From an uncultured Candidatus Saccharibacteria bacterium (GTDB taxonomy: Bacteria > Patescibacteriota > Saccharimonadia > Saccharimonadales > JAUPVS01), in assembly GCA_964410185.1 (NCBI GenBank), contig CAYPFM010000001.1:144860-208859 (forward strand): a stretch of DNA of 64,000 nt, in the 5' to 3' direction. A program made the position numbers and the translations under genes. Below the pieces are notes generated by a model. It was not told where the DNA came from and ran no database searches. It saw only the letters and a list, made by a program, of their open reading frames with translations. Below are positions 45,217-54,610 of the stretch, piece after piece (the stretch's first letter is position 1; each line of letters begins with the position of its first letter).

Positions 45217-46492
45217 CTTCCTTAAATATCCTTTTGGCGGTCTTACTCCAGGGGTAAAGTTGTGCTTGCTTAATGCCTGCTGTCGCCATTCGGTGCACGT
45301 CCTCTTTACCTTCAAGCAACCGTAGGACGGTCGCTTCTAGTTCTGTTGAGTTCCCCACATACAACAGGCTGCTACCTGCCACCTCTTTTGTTGCTGCATT
45401 TTCGTAACTAACTACTGGACACCCATAGCTTAAGGCCTCTAGAACGGGCAGACCGAACCCTTCGTATTTACTCGGGAAGACAAAGGCGAGAGCGTGTCGG
45501 TATAACCAGTCTCGAGTGTTCTCATCAACGAAGCCCATAAAGATTATGTCATTTAAGTAAGACGATGTTTTTAGTGCATATTGGATTTCTTCAGTGGAAA
45601 TATTCCATGGCCCTTGCATGCTGTCACCAACAAGCACGAGTTTAATGTCCCGACCCTGTGCACGCAACCTATTGAAAGCGGCAACCACATCCTCAAGCTT
45701 GCGTCGTCGGTCGGCTCCGCCAACAAACAATAAAAACGGAGTTTTTGGATCCAGGTGCATTGGTCTAGGCAAGTAGCCCCAAGAAGTAGAAACGTAGTGA
45801 TGCAATGTTGGTACTTTTTTTGTACTATCCGGTAGGCTAACCCCGAGTGGCGTGACGGCAATCTTTTTGGCGGGGACAGAAAGATAGCGTTGGAAGTCTG
45901 CCTTTGTCTGCTCGGAGTTGGCCAATAATGTATCAGCTCGTTTTGAGATAATACGAAACTTCTCAAAGTATAGCCATCGCCGGACTTGGCAACGAAGCGC
46001 TGCCTTCCGGGAATAACCACGAGTTCTGGCGAATGAATACGACCATAAATAGTCCCAAGAAAGAACGTAAGGAATAATATCGTGCACAAAGATAACGTTC
46101 TTTACACCACGTTTTTTGGGTGTAGTTTGGTTTGGGTCGATTTGTAGGAACACATCCACTCCAGTGAGGTCGGACGACCGTGAGTCACCACGCCGTAGAT
46201 CTCGCAAAGTATGCACAGCATTGTATGCGCTTACCAACATGTTTAGCCTGCCTCTCAGAACCCGGGTGGACTGTTTTGCTTTTCCTAAGTCGCGGACCTC
46301 GTATTGTAGTTCCTCGATATGCAGAAGGCTGAACGGATCAAAAACACCTTCTCCTAGCGGGTATATGTAAAAAACAAATTTTTGTTTTTGTGCCTCGACT
46401 GGGAGGTTATTGATAATGTTAATTAACGTGGAACCGATGCCACGCATACGGTGTGGGCCCTGTAACGGTGATAAATCGATCCCGATAGTCAT
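45206..46492 (-). CDS. Glycosyltransferase, GT4 family
   Basis: FVFPSKYEGFGLPVLEALSYGCPVVS motif; 428 aa. Confidence 0.8.
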   Translation of the reverse strand: MTIGIDLSPLQGPHRMRGIGSTLINIINNLPVEAQKQKFVFYIYPLGEGVFDPFSLLHIEELQYEVRDLGKAKQSTRVLRGRLNMLVSAYNAVHTLRDLRRGDSRSSDLTGVDVFLQIDPNQTTPKKRGVKNVIFVHDIIPYVLSWDYLWSYSFARTRGYSRKAALRCQVRRWLYFEKFRIISKRADTLLANSEQTKADFQRYLSVPAKKIAVTPLGVSLPDSTKKVPTLHHYVSTSWGYLPRPMHLDPKTPFLLFVGGADRRRKLEDVVAAFNRLRAQGRDIKLVLVGDSMQGPWNISTEEIQYALKTSSYLNDIIFMGFVDENTRDWLYRHALAFVFPSKYEGFGLPVLEALSYGCPVVSYENAATKEVAGSSLLYVGNSTELEATVLRLLEGKEDVHRMATAGIKQAQLYPWSKTAKRIFKEVTS

Positions 46493-47661
46493 TACTTAGC
46501 CTCCATTGCTGCATCTAGGAATACCTGGGCAGATTGTTCCCACGAAAACTCTGCGGCTCGAGCTGGCCCTGCTTTCTGGACAGAAGAGGTATATTTGTCA
46601 ATATTGCTAAGGTGTTCAGACATTGTTTTTCGAAGTTCTTGCAAACTCTGGCTTGAGACCATTGTACCAACCCCACTAACAACCTCTGGCAAGGAAGAAT
46701 TATTAGCTGTTATGACCGGGACACCACAAGCTAAGGCCTCCAGAGGCGGTATACCGAAGCCTTCGTAGTGACTTGGATAAACAAGCAGACTTGAACCAGA
46801 AATAATTGCCGGCTTATCTTCATCGCTAACGTATGAGGAGGGGCGAATAATTTCATAACCATCTTGAACCTTTGCAATGATCTTTTCAAAGAGCTTATCA
46901 GTTTTCCACCCACTTACCCCAACCAACAGAAGTTTATATTGTTTCCGAATAGCTTCCGGTAGGTCGCAATAGGCATCAACTAGCATGTCAAGATTCTTAC
47001 GGGGCTCTAGGTTGGATAAGGCCAAGATATAGTTACCTTCGATGCCATATTTTTGCTTAACGTGGTCAATTTCATCTTGACTGCGCCGGTACATAACTGC
47101 ACGATCAACAGCAGGCGTTGCTATAGCGACTTGCTCTCTATCTATACCGTAAAAGTCGATAATTTCTTTCTGAGCATTCTGAGAAATAGTAATAATCTTC
47201 TGAGTTTTAGCAATCGATTTTTTAACGGCATTTGACAGAAATATTGCGTTTCCTTCGTCAGAATACTGACGATGTAACTCGTAAGAGAGGTCAAAAATAA
47301 CAAGCCCAGCATTTTTGCTAAACAACAAAGGCATGCCAACAAAGCGCGGAAAGATATAGGTTCCTCTGCCACAAAATAAATCGATGGGTGGTAGCCAACC
47401 ACGATGCCAAAGTGCAGCCATGCGCCGGAACGATAAGGGGAAACGGACGAAATCGATATGTTTAAAATGGAATTTACTAAACTTGGCAAAAGTGTCTCGT
47501 GGAATAATAATCTTGATTACTGGTACCGGTTCACCACGATATTTTGCTTCATCGATCAGCGTGTCTAGTCCACGAATGATGCCAAGGATGTATTGCCCGA
47601 CACCACTAAAGTGCCCATCGACCAAACCGAGGCCGTCAATAAATATCTTTTGTTGCTTCAT
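46492..47661 (-). CDS. Glycosyltransferase, GT4 family
   Basis: LVYPSHYEGFGIPPLEALACGVPVITAN motif; 389 aa. It shares one base with the downstream GT gene. Confidence 0.8.
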   Translation of the reverse strand: MKQQKIFIDGLGLVDGHFSGVGQYILGIIRGLDTLIDEAKYRGEPVPVIKIIIPRDTFAKFSKFHFKHIDFVRFPLSFRRMAALWHRGWLPPIDLFCGRGTYIFPRFVGMPLLFSKNAGLVIFDLSYELHRQYSDEGNAIFLSNAVKKSIAKTQKIITISQNAQKEIIDFYGIDREQVAIATPAVDRAVMYRRSQDEIDHVKQKYGIEGNYILALSNLEPRKNLDMLVDAYCDLPEAIRKQYKLLLVGVSGWKTDKLFEKIIAKVQDGYEIIRPSSYVSDEDKPAIISGSSLLVYPSHYEGFGIPPLEALACGVPVITANNSSLPEVVSGVGTMVSSQSLQELRKTMSEHLSNIDKYTSSVQKAGPARAAEFSWEQSAQVFLDAAMEAK

Positions 47662-47727
47662 ATAAGGTAGTCTTATTCTAGCAAATATTATGGAGTAATG
47701 GCAGTGCTATCAAGTTAGTGTGAGGAG

Positions 47728-49698
47728 TTACTGGGCACCAGAGGTGCCAGTTGCCCAAACGGCACGGGTAGGCGAGTACAGCACGAGGTTACCGTCTTGT
47801 TGGATCACATTGCGCAGGTTGCTATTACCAGCTGTACCGCTTGACCACAAAGGCCTGGCAGACTTATCGTAAATCACCATGTTACCGTCCGGTTGTAGTA
47901 TGAGGAAGGCAGCCGCACGTCCGTCAGTGCCAGTTGCCCAAACGGCACGGGTAGGCGAGTACAGCACGAGGTTACCGTCTCGCTGAAGCATGAGATGGTA
48001 TTTGCCATCGGCGGTATCTATGCTTTGGCCAGGGTACATGCGACCCGGTGCAGTGAACCAGGTGTTTATGTACGCGAGATGGTCGGGGTTCTGGTTGGTT
48101 TGAGTAGCCCAGAGCGCAACATTCGAGGTGTTATAAATCACCATGTTACCGTCTGTCTGCAGTACCAAGCGTGCACCGGGATTACCGTTGGTGCCAGTTG
48201 CCCAAACAGCAACGTTATTTTGGTTGTAGACCACCAAGTTACCATCCGCTTGCATCACTAACCGTGTGCCGCCGGTATCACCGATGTTCCAGGTCACTAC
48301 AAAATTAGAGTATAGAACTAGATTGCCACCACGTTGCAGTGTTAAGGCGCTTTGGGAATCGGGAGATAGCAGGTAGTCATCGGCACCAATTGACTGGCCG
48401 GAATTTAATGTTGTATTGATGCTATTGGAAACCGGCGCCGTACCATTCACGTTTATGGAGTAGTAGAGGCCGAGATCGTTTAGCCATGACCGTCCTTCGG
48501 CTACAAGGTTGAAGTATTGGTTATACGTGCCTTTAGTGGCAGGTGCTTGCATGGCAAATTCAAAGGTACCGATTTGGCCAGGAGGCACACTGCTTTCTAG
48601 CAGTTGAGCAGGGCGTGTATTGGATAGCCAGCCCGCTTCGGCAAAGCCGTTTGGTACATCAATTGGACGTGATGTACCCAGGTGCATAAAAGATTGATCC
48701 CAGGTTTGGGTGCCCATGTTACGTGCCTTGATGCGCATGTAGATTTTATTGCCTGGTGCAACGGTGGGGGTAGCGGTAAATTGTTGGGTGCGTGCGGCAT
48801 CTGAGTAGGCCCATTGTCCTTCATACGACCAAGCCCAAGGGGTGTTAGAGTTTGGTGACCCAAACCAGTCGATATACATTCGCCAGAAGTTGCGGTTACC
48901 ATAGGCGCTACAGCTGTCACCAGTGCCGTACAGGTTATTTAAAGCCGCGGCATTTGGCTGATACGGAGTGTAGTTGTAGAGTCCGGCGGTCGCTTGGTTT
49001 TGTATGTTGAGGTTGGTCCCGCCACAACCGGCATTCGGGTTGTACTGCACGTAGCTAGTGGTGCCCGCTCTGTAGTTAAATAGGTTGGCTTGTTTAACGT
49101 AGCGTTGGTATTGTCGAGCGCCATAGTAAACTTGCTTAAAAAATCCAGCGTAAGCGGGGTCGCAAGACGCAGTGTCGGGACAGCCGTAGCCGGTTGCTGC
49201 CTGGTATTGAATGCTCCAAGGCCAGTCGTCAGTGACAAGGCTTTGTTCTTTTTGGAGCAGAATAAGCAAAACCTTAGGGCTCACACCGCAGGCGTTTGAG
49301 ACATCGTAGATGATTTGCGCAGCAGATTTTGTACCACCTCCAACAGTTCCGGTACAGTACGCATCACCAGGAGTGGTAGGGATGCTTTGACTAAAGTCTT
49401 TAAGACAAGTGTAAGGGGCGGGATAGCCATTGCTAGCACCATAGGCCGCTCGAGTGGTGCCGTGAGAGGGCTGTGTGCCGTTTGTGTCGCACACGGGAAC
49501 TTTTGAATTAAGAAAGACCTGGATATCGTTAGCGCTCATCGTGCTTGGGTTGAAGAACACCGCATCATCGATAATTCGGCCGGCCATAAAGTCACTGCCC
49601 GAAAGCGCCAGAACAGGAGTATTCACGGCCATGGCGATCACGCCCAAGCTAACCGCTAGAAAGACAGTAAATTGTGCGAATTTCTTTAAAATCTTCAC
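47728..49698 (-). CDS. Secreted multidomain protein: N-terminal lysozyme-like/unknown region, Ig-like (NBR1-FW-like) module, and two C-terminal bulb-type (beta-prism II) mannose-binding lectin domains
   Basis: Signal peptide (VNTPVLA-LS). Six QxDxNxVxY-type subdomain motifs: LQRGGNLVLY, MQADGNLVVY, LQTDGNMVIY, LQRDGNLVLY, LQPDGNMVIY, QQDGNLVLY. Confidence 0.75.
   Translation of the reverse strand: MKILKKFAQFTVFLAVSLGVIAMAVNTPVLALSGSDFMAGRIIDDAVFFNPSTMSANDIQVFLNSKVPVCDTNGTQPSHGTTRAAYGASNGYPAPYTCLKDFSQSIPTTPGDAYCTGTVGGGTKSAAQIIYDVSNACGVSPKVLLILLQKEQSLVTDDWPWSIQYQAATGYGCPDTASCDPAYAGFFKQVYYGARQYQRYVKQANLFNYRAGTTSYVQYNPNAGCGGTNLNIQNQATAGLYNYTPYQPNAAALNNLYGTGDSCSAYGNRNFWRMYIDWFGSPNSNTPWAWSYEGQWAYSDAARTQQFTATPTVAPGNKIYMRIKARNMGTQTWDQSFMHLGTSRPIDVPNGFAEAGWLSNTRPAQLLESSVPPGQIGTFEFAMQAPATKGTYNQYFNLVAEGRSWLNDLGLYYSINVNGTAPVSNSINTTLNSGQSIGADDYLLSPDSQSALTLQRGGNLVLYSNFVVTWNIGDTGGTRLVMQADGNLVVYNQNNVAVWATGTNGNPGARLVLQTDGNMVIYNTSNVALWATQTNQNPDHLAYINTWFTAPGRMYPGQSIDTADGKYHLMLQRDGNLVLYSPTRAVWATGTDGRAAAFLILQPDGNMVIYDKSARPLWSSGTAGNSNLRNVIQQDGNLVLYSPTRAVWATGTSGAQ
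47744..47980 (-). repeat. Exact 54-bp direct repeat inside the lectin gene (copies at 47744..47797 and 47927..47980)
   Basis: Both copies read GTGCCAGTTGCCCAAACGGCACGGGTAGGCGAGTACAGCACGAGGTTACCGTCT, offset by 183 bp (61 codons). They encode DGNLVLYSPTRAVWATGT in two lectin subdomains. Confidence 0.85.
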
Positions 49699-49702
49699 AG
49701 CT

Positions 49703-50263
49703 TTATTTTACCTCTATTGTCTTAGATTGCGTACTTTCGGTCGTAGCAGACTTATAGGTTACTTTTATCGTCCAAGAACCAGTACTCAGCGGTGGACTCC
49801 AGTTGATTGGGGCGCATTGAGTATAAGAAGCATTCTGGAAACCTTCCGACGCTCCCGTGACGACTTGGGTTCCCTTGGTGGCTGAGGCAGTACAGGTACC
49901 TCCTTCTTCAAAGACACCGGTAACATAAGCGCGAACGCCGTTTCCGGTCGCTTCGGTAATAATGATGGCACTTTGCTTACTTGAACCCGAAGGGTTGCCG
50001 GTGACCTGTGCCTTATCGTCTATGATCGCGTCCTTTTGTGCATCTGTTTGAGTTTTTTCTTCGGTTGTTGCAGGGTTGAGGTTTACAGGCTTGCCATCTG
50101 TGGTGGTTGGGGCAGCAGGTTTATGCAAAAAAATCCGATAACTTCCAAAACCAATCAAAAAAACTGCCAAAATAACAACGAGAGCCCAGATGAAGTATTT
50201 TCGTTTTGATTTGCGTACGGTTTTCATTTTTTGTGTCAGGTTTCCTCGAGAGTATGATACCAC
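49703..50263 (-). CDS. Hypothetical N-terminally anchored surface protein (186 aa)
   Basis: One TM (YFIWALVVILAVFLIGFGSY), a Thr/Pro linker and a beta-rich C-terminal domain. An alternative start is MKTVRK at 50227. Confidence 0.5.
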   Translation of the reverse strand: MVSYSRGNLTQKMKTVRKSKRKYFIWALVVILAVFLIGFGSYRIFLHKPAAPTTTDGKPVNLNPATTEEKTQTDAQKDAIIDDKAQVTGNPSGSSKQSAIIITEATGNGVRAYVTGVFEEGGTCTASATKGTQVVTGASEGFQNASYTQCAPINWSPPLSTGSWTIKVTYKSATTESTQSKTIEVK

Positions 50264-50324
50264 AATTAAGCATAAGTATCAATCTCTCGTTGGCTAGAAA
50301 CTAGCTATTAGGTTTAAAGTCAGG

Positions 50325-52454
50325 GTGCAGTATAAAATAGACTCTATGAACTCCGTAAAATCCTATGCGACTAAGGCCTGGTTCCAGTGGCTTGTTGCGG
50401 TGTTGATATTCTTCTGTTTTTCGTGGCTGTATATGGGTCGGGGTATTACCAGCTGCTCAGTCAGTTCAGTTGCTGGGCTCGGCAGTGATAGTACGGGTGG
50501 TATGGCCTGGAACCAGTGGGTCGGCGGGAACGATTTTACTTGGGGAACCACCAATAAAAGTAATTACCCATTTGGCGAAAAACTTGATAAACCACAATTC
50601 ATAACCTCAACCGTTTTTCTAGGTGCCTATAAGCTCTTTGCCACCTTAACAACGCCTATTTGTGGGCTGAACCTCATTATCTTACTGGGTTACATGTCTT
50701 CGGCTTTAATGATGTTTGGGCTTGTCAGGTGGCTACTTAAACGGTTTGATATTGCGGTTTTTGCCGGCTACGCCGCTGCCTTCGTTCCGTTTCATGTCCT
50801 TAAAGCCCAGAGCCACATTAATTATATATACGGTAGTATTTTCATTGCCCTGATATGGGTATTTTTGTGGATGATAAGTAAACCTTCGTACAAACGGTCC
50901 GCCTTGTTCGCGGCTGTGAGTGCGGTTGGCTTTTATTTTGACGGCTATTTCATCTTACTGAGTAGTTTGCTCATTGTCGGTTTGGTGGGATCTCAAGTGG
51001 TGGTTGAGCTATATCACTTGCTAGGTGCTCGTGGAAAACGGCAAAAGGCATTGAAGCAGTCTGCCGGGCGGCTTAAGTACACATTAGTGGCAGGTCTCAT
51101 GCTCGGCTTATTGTTGCTACCAATTGCAGCTGTTTTTAAGTCCAGCGGAAGTGATATTAGTCAGTCGTTGGCTGCCGTAAGGAGCAATATAAAGGTAGAG
51201 ACCCTATTGTACGGTGCTCGCCCGATTGAGTTTGTACTGCCAGCTGCTTCCAACCCGTTAATGAGCTCTTCGTATGGGGCATATCGGATGAGTAAACTAC
51301 ATGGTTCCAATTACTCCGAAGCGACCTTGTACGTCGGGTTTACGGTTCTACTGTTAGCCGTAGTCGGCGTGGTAAATGTGTTTAGTAAAAAGAAGAGGAC
51401 AGCCAAGTTACAGAATATTCCGTACCCCGCATTGCTATTTATGCTCGGGGCAACTCTGCTGCTTTGTTTCGCCTTCTCCTTACCGGCTTACGCGTGGCTC
51501 TTTGGCCATTCTGTGCGTATGCCCTCGCTGCTACTTGTTAAGGTAACGGCCAACTGGCGCGTTCTATCGAGGATATTCTTAGTCATGGATCCGCTACTTA
51601 TCTTACTGGCCAGTCTGGGCCTCTATTGGCTTACCAAAAAACGTTCACGCCTTGTGGGAGCTGTGATTGTTGTGGTTTGTGGCCTGGCGCTTTTCTTGGA
51701 ATATCTGCCATCACCAATATCGAGTACGGGCGACCTATACAAGGAGACCCCACCAATTTACAAACAACTAACGACTGATGATTCCGTGAGAATTGTGGCC
51801 GAGTATCCCCTAGCTGATTTTTCCTATACCCCAACCATATTTACCTTCCAACCGGTTCATAAAAAGACTTTAGTAAATGCCAATGACGGTAGTGTGTCGA
51901 GAGGCCCATTCGACTCGAGTATTGCCGGTCTTGCTGACCCCCAAACGCTCGGGGTTTTGAAGAGTCTTAAGGTCGATGAAGTCATAACACATGGCTTCCA
52001 ATTTGAGACACCAGAGCTACAATTGATTTTTAAGAATCAAAATTATAGCAGCGATGGAAAACTTAATCTCCCCGCGAGCTCCTACGCCTATAAATTTACA
52101 GATCTGGCTACGGCTGTCCCAGCGGCATTGGTAATTACTAAGGGTTATGAATCTTTGTATGTTGACGCGCACCAGATCAGCCATCGGTACATAACGAACC
52201 GAGCAACCATGCACTTACATCACTTTACTGGGGCTCCCAAGGCTAACTCGTATGTCGCCAGCTTCTCGGCCCTTTCGGCTTGCTCCAATCCAGCGCGGGT
52301 TACCGTTGAGCAGGAGGGGAGAGTGCTATGGACGGGGTTGGTCGATAAACAGCCCGTCCCGATTGCAGCGACGGTAGCAGATAAAGACTTTACAGTTAAG
52401 ACCGAGCTTTGTTCAATTGAGGTGTCACACTTGAGCGCCACACCGCAAAATTAA
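50325..52454 (+). CDS. Large polytopic membrane protein (709 aa); candidate GT-C-fold glycosyltransferase (YfhO/ArnT-like)
   Basis: About 12 or more TM segments in the first 470 aa followed by a ~230-aa soluble domain. It sits near an Und-P GT2 gene and GtrA. The start is uncertain (GTG at 50325 or ATG at 50346). Confidence 0.45.
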   Translation: MQYKIDSMNSVKSYATKAWFQWLVAVLIFFCFSWLYMGRGITSCSVSSVAGLGSDSTGGMAWNQWVGGNDFTWGTTNKSNYPFGEKLDKPQFITSTVFLGAYKLFATLTTPICGLNLIILLGYMSSALMMFGLVRWLLKRFDIAVFAGYAAAFVPFHVLKAQSHINYIYGSIFIALIWVFLWMISKPSYKRSALFAAVSAVGFYFDGYFILLSSLLIVGLVGSQVVVELYHLLGARGKRQKALKQSAGRLKYTLVAGLMLGLLLLPIAAVFKSSGSDISQSLAAVRSNIKVETLLYGARPIEFVLPAASNPLMSSSYGAYRMSKLHGSNYSEATLYVGFTVLLLAVVGVVNVFSKKKRTAKLQNIPYPALLFMLGATLLLCFAFSLPAYAWLFGHSVRMPSLLLVKVTANWRVLSRIFLVMDPLLILLASLGLYWLTKKRSRLVGAVIVVVCGLALFLEYLPSPISSTGDLYKETPPIYKQLTTDDSVRIVAEYPLADFSYTPTIFTFQPVHKKTLVNANDGSVSRGPFDSSIAGLADPQTLGVLKSLKVDEVITHGFQFETPELQLIFKNQNYSSDGKLNLPASSYAYKFTDLATAVPAALVITKGYESLYVDAHQISHRYITNRATMHLHHFTGAPKANSYVASFSALSACSNPARVTVEQEGRVLWTGLVDKQPVPIAATVADKDFTVKTELCSIEVSHLSATPQN

Positions 52455-53566
52455 GAAGCCTTTGGCTCTATGCCGGCACTACGGGTAAAGTCTTTGTAGC
52501 AATTATCGAAAGTGTATTGCTTACTTGATTCCCAGGCAGCCCGACGAAGCTTATGGTAGTTGGTAGCATCTGCCACAATCGTATTGATTGCATCCCCTAG
52601 GCCGGCCGTGTCACCTGGTGTGACCAACAGACCAGTTTCCTTATTGACGACGCTATCACGAAGCCCATCGCAGTCGTAGGCTATGGCTGGGGTACCTTGG
52701 CTGTTGGCTTCAGTTACAATTAGCCCCCAGCCTTCTTTGATTGATGTTACTAGAATCAGGGTAGCTTGGCGCATGAGGGCTAGTTTTTCGTCAAAACTAA
52801 CCCGCCCCAAAACGGTGATGGCCGCTTTGTGGCGTGACTGATCGATATGCTCCATGACTTTTTGTGCGTAGGGGCCGCCATTGTCCCCAGCGATTGTGAG
52901 GCGTAGTGCCGGATTTGCATCTCGGGCAGATTCAAACCCTTTGACAGCATCGAGAGTTTGTTTCATCGGGCGCATTGCTCCTAGAATGAGGATGTTGTGT
53001 AGGTCGGTCTGCGCTGGCAAAGAAGACAATGGCTTGAGTTCAATGCCAACGCGGAAAACGCCAATACTATCCCGAGAGAAACCATATTTTTGCAGATCGG
53101 TTTTTGTGCTCTCGGATTCTGTCACGACCTGTTTATAGCGCATAGATAGTAAACGAAGATAAATAGGCTCAACTAGGTAGCCAATTAATGATAATGGGAA
53201 ATGCATTTGGTAGAACCAGACGCTTCTGGCCAATTGGTAGGTCAGTAAAACGGCCGGTTTGCGACTGTAGAAACGTACACCAAACGGGATGGTATTCATC
53301 TCGTCGATGACGAGGTCGGCCCAATCGGAGAGCTGGTCTTTATATATACGGCGTGCTTTTTGGTAAACGGAAACTCTCCCCCCAGCCCGGCTAATCTCGA
53401 CGCCACGATATTTCTCGTAGTCCAAAGAACCTTGATACTGCGCAGTAACAATATGAACGTGGTGACCGTTTTTAGTTAGATCTTGCACGAGATGCCAAGA
53501 GATATTTTCAGCTCCCCCGGCATGAGGATGTTTAATATCTTTCCAAGTAAACCAGACAATATTCAT
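52451..53566 (-). CDS. Glycosyltransferase, GT4 family
   Basis: GGAENISWHL at the N-terminus and SIKEGWGLIVTEANSQGTPAIAYD at the C-terminus; 371 aa. Confidence 0.8.
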   Translation of the reverse strand: MNIVWFTWKDIKHPHAGGAENISWHLVQDLTKNGHHVHIVTAQYQGSLDYEKYRGVEISRAGGRVSVYQKARRIYKDQLSDWADLVIDEMNTIPFGVRFYSRKPAVLLTYQLARSVWFYQMHFPLSLIGYLVEPIYLRLLSMRYKQVVTESESTKTDLQKYGFSRDSIGVFRVGIELKPLSSLPAQTDLHNILILGAMRPMKQTLDAVKGFESARDANPALRLTIAGDNGGPYAQKVMEHIDQSRHKAAITVLGRVSFDEKLALMRQATLILVTSIKEGWGLIVTEANSQGTPAIAYDCDGLRDSVVNKETGLLVTPGDTAGLGDAINTIVADATNYHKLRRAAWESSKQYTFDNCYKDFTRSAGIEPKAS

Positions 53567-54510
53567 TTAGATTGATCTGAGACAATAAACAATGGTCGAT
53601 TCTGAGTTTCATTATGAATATTTTCTACGTAGATGGCCAGTAGCCACTGGCAAATCAGTACCAAGCCGACCAAGAAACTGAGAAAGATTGCGAGGAGGCC
53701 TGTGCCCGTTACCGACAACTTAAGTGGGTCATTCAGGATATATTTATTGGTTACCAAAACTACGCCGGCGAGGAAGGAGATAAGCGTAACAATAAAACCT
53801 AAAAAGCCAGTTGCTTGCAAGGGTTTGGTCGACTGCGATGTAAATGAATGAAGCGCGAGACGCGCCAACTTGCCAAAGGTGTAAGTAGCCGCACCACTGT
53901 GCCTAGCGGGGGCTGTAAACTCAACGTAGCTGCGCTTAAACCCGAGCCAGTCTATTAGGCCGCGTGTAATTCGGTTACGTTCAGTGAGTTTATTGAATTC
54001 ATCAACAACTTTACGATCAATTAAACGAAAGTCAGTTGCACCATGAATGGTCTTGGTGTCTGTGAGGCTGTTAAGGAGAAAATTGTGTAACTTGGAGCCA
54101 TAACGCTTAACAAAGCCCTCCTTCTCATTGGCTGTTCGCACGCCGATAACAACCTCGGCGCCATTGTTCCACTCCGCCAAGAAATCGGTAATTTTTTCGA
54201 CAGGGTGTTGGCCATCGGCATCCATGACGATGACAGCGTCACCGGTGGCGTTCTTGATTCCCGCAGTTGTGGCAGCTTCTTTCCCAAAGTTGCGCGACAG
54301 GCTAATGTACTTTACGGTGGCGTCATCTTTTGCGATCTGTTGAATGATACCCAGCGAACCATCGGAGCTGCCGTCGTCGACATAAATAATTTCTCGAGCA
54401 AGATTATTTTTGTCAAAAAATTTAGAAATCACGCTCTGATGCCAAACTAAATTACCGGCTTCGTTATACAGCGGTAATACAAGACTAATCAAAGGTTTTT
54501 TTGGGCGCAT
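53563..54510 (-). CDS. GT2 polyprenol-phosphate glycosyltransferase (GtrB/ArnC/DPM1-like) with two C-terminal TM helices
   Basis: ISLVLPLYNEAGNL, YVDDGSSDGS, IVMDADGQHP (DxD) and C-terminal TM helices (GFLGFIVTLISFLAGVVLV; LLAIFLSFLVGLVLI). Confidence 0.8.
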   Translation of the reverse strand: MRPKKPLISLVLPLYNEAGNLVWHQSVISKFFDKNNLAREIIYVDDGSSDGSLGIIQQIAKDDATVKYISLSRNFGKEAATTAGIKNATGDAVIVMDADGQHPVEKITDFLAEWNNGAEVVIGVRTANEKEGFVKRYGSKLHNFLLNSLTDTKTIHGATDFRLIDRKVVDEFNKLTERNRITRGLIDWLGFKRSYVEFTAPARHSGAATYTFGKLARLALHSFTSQSTKPLQATGFLGFIVTLISFLAGVVLVTNKYILNDPLKLSVTGTGLLAIFLSFLVGLVLICQWLLAIYVENIHNETQNRPLFIVSDQSK

Positions 54511-54610
54511 ACCTTATTAAGTACCTCTTAAGTACCTTAATAATGCAGTATTTATGGAAAACACACAAGTAGTATATAACTGCGTGAATCTCCTATATAA
54601 TTACACCCAT

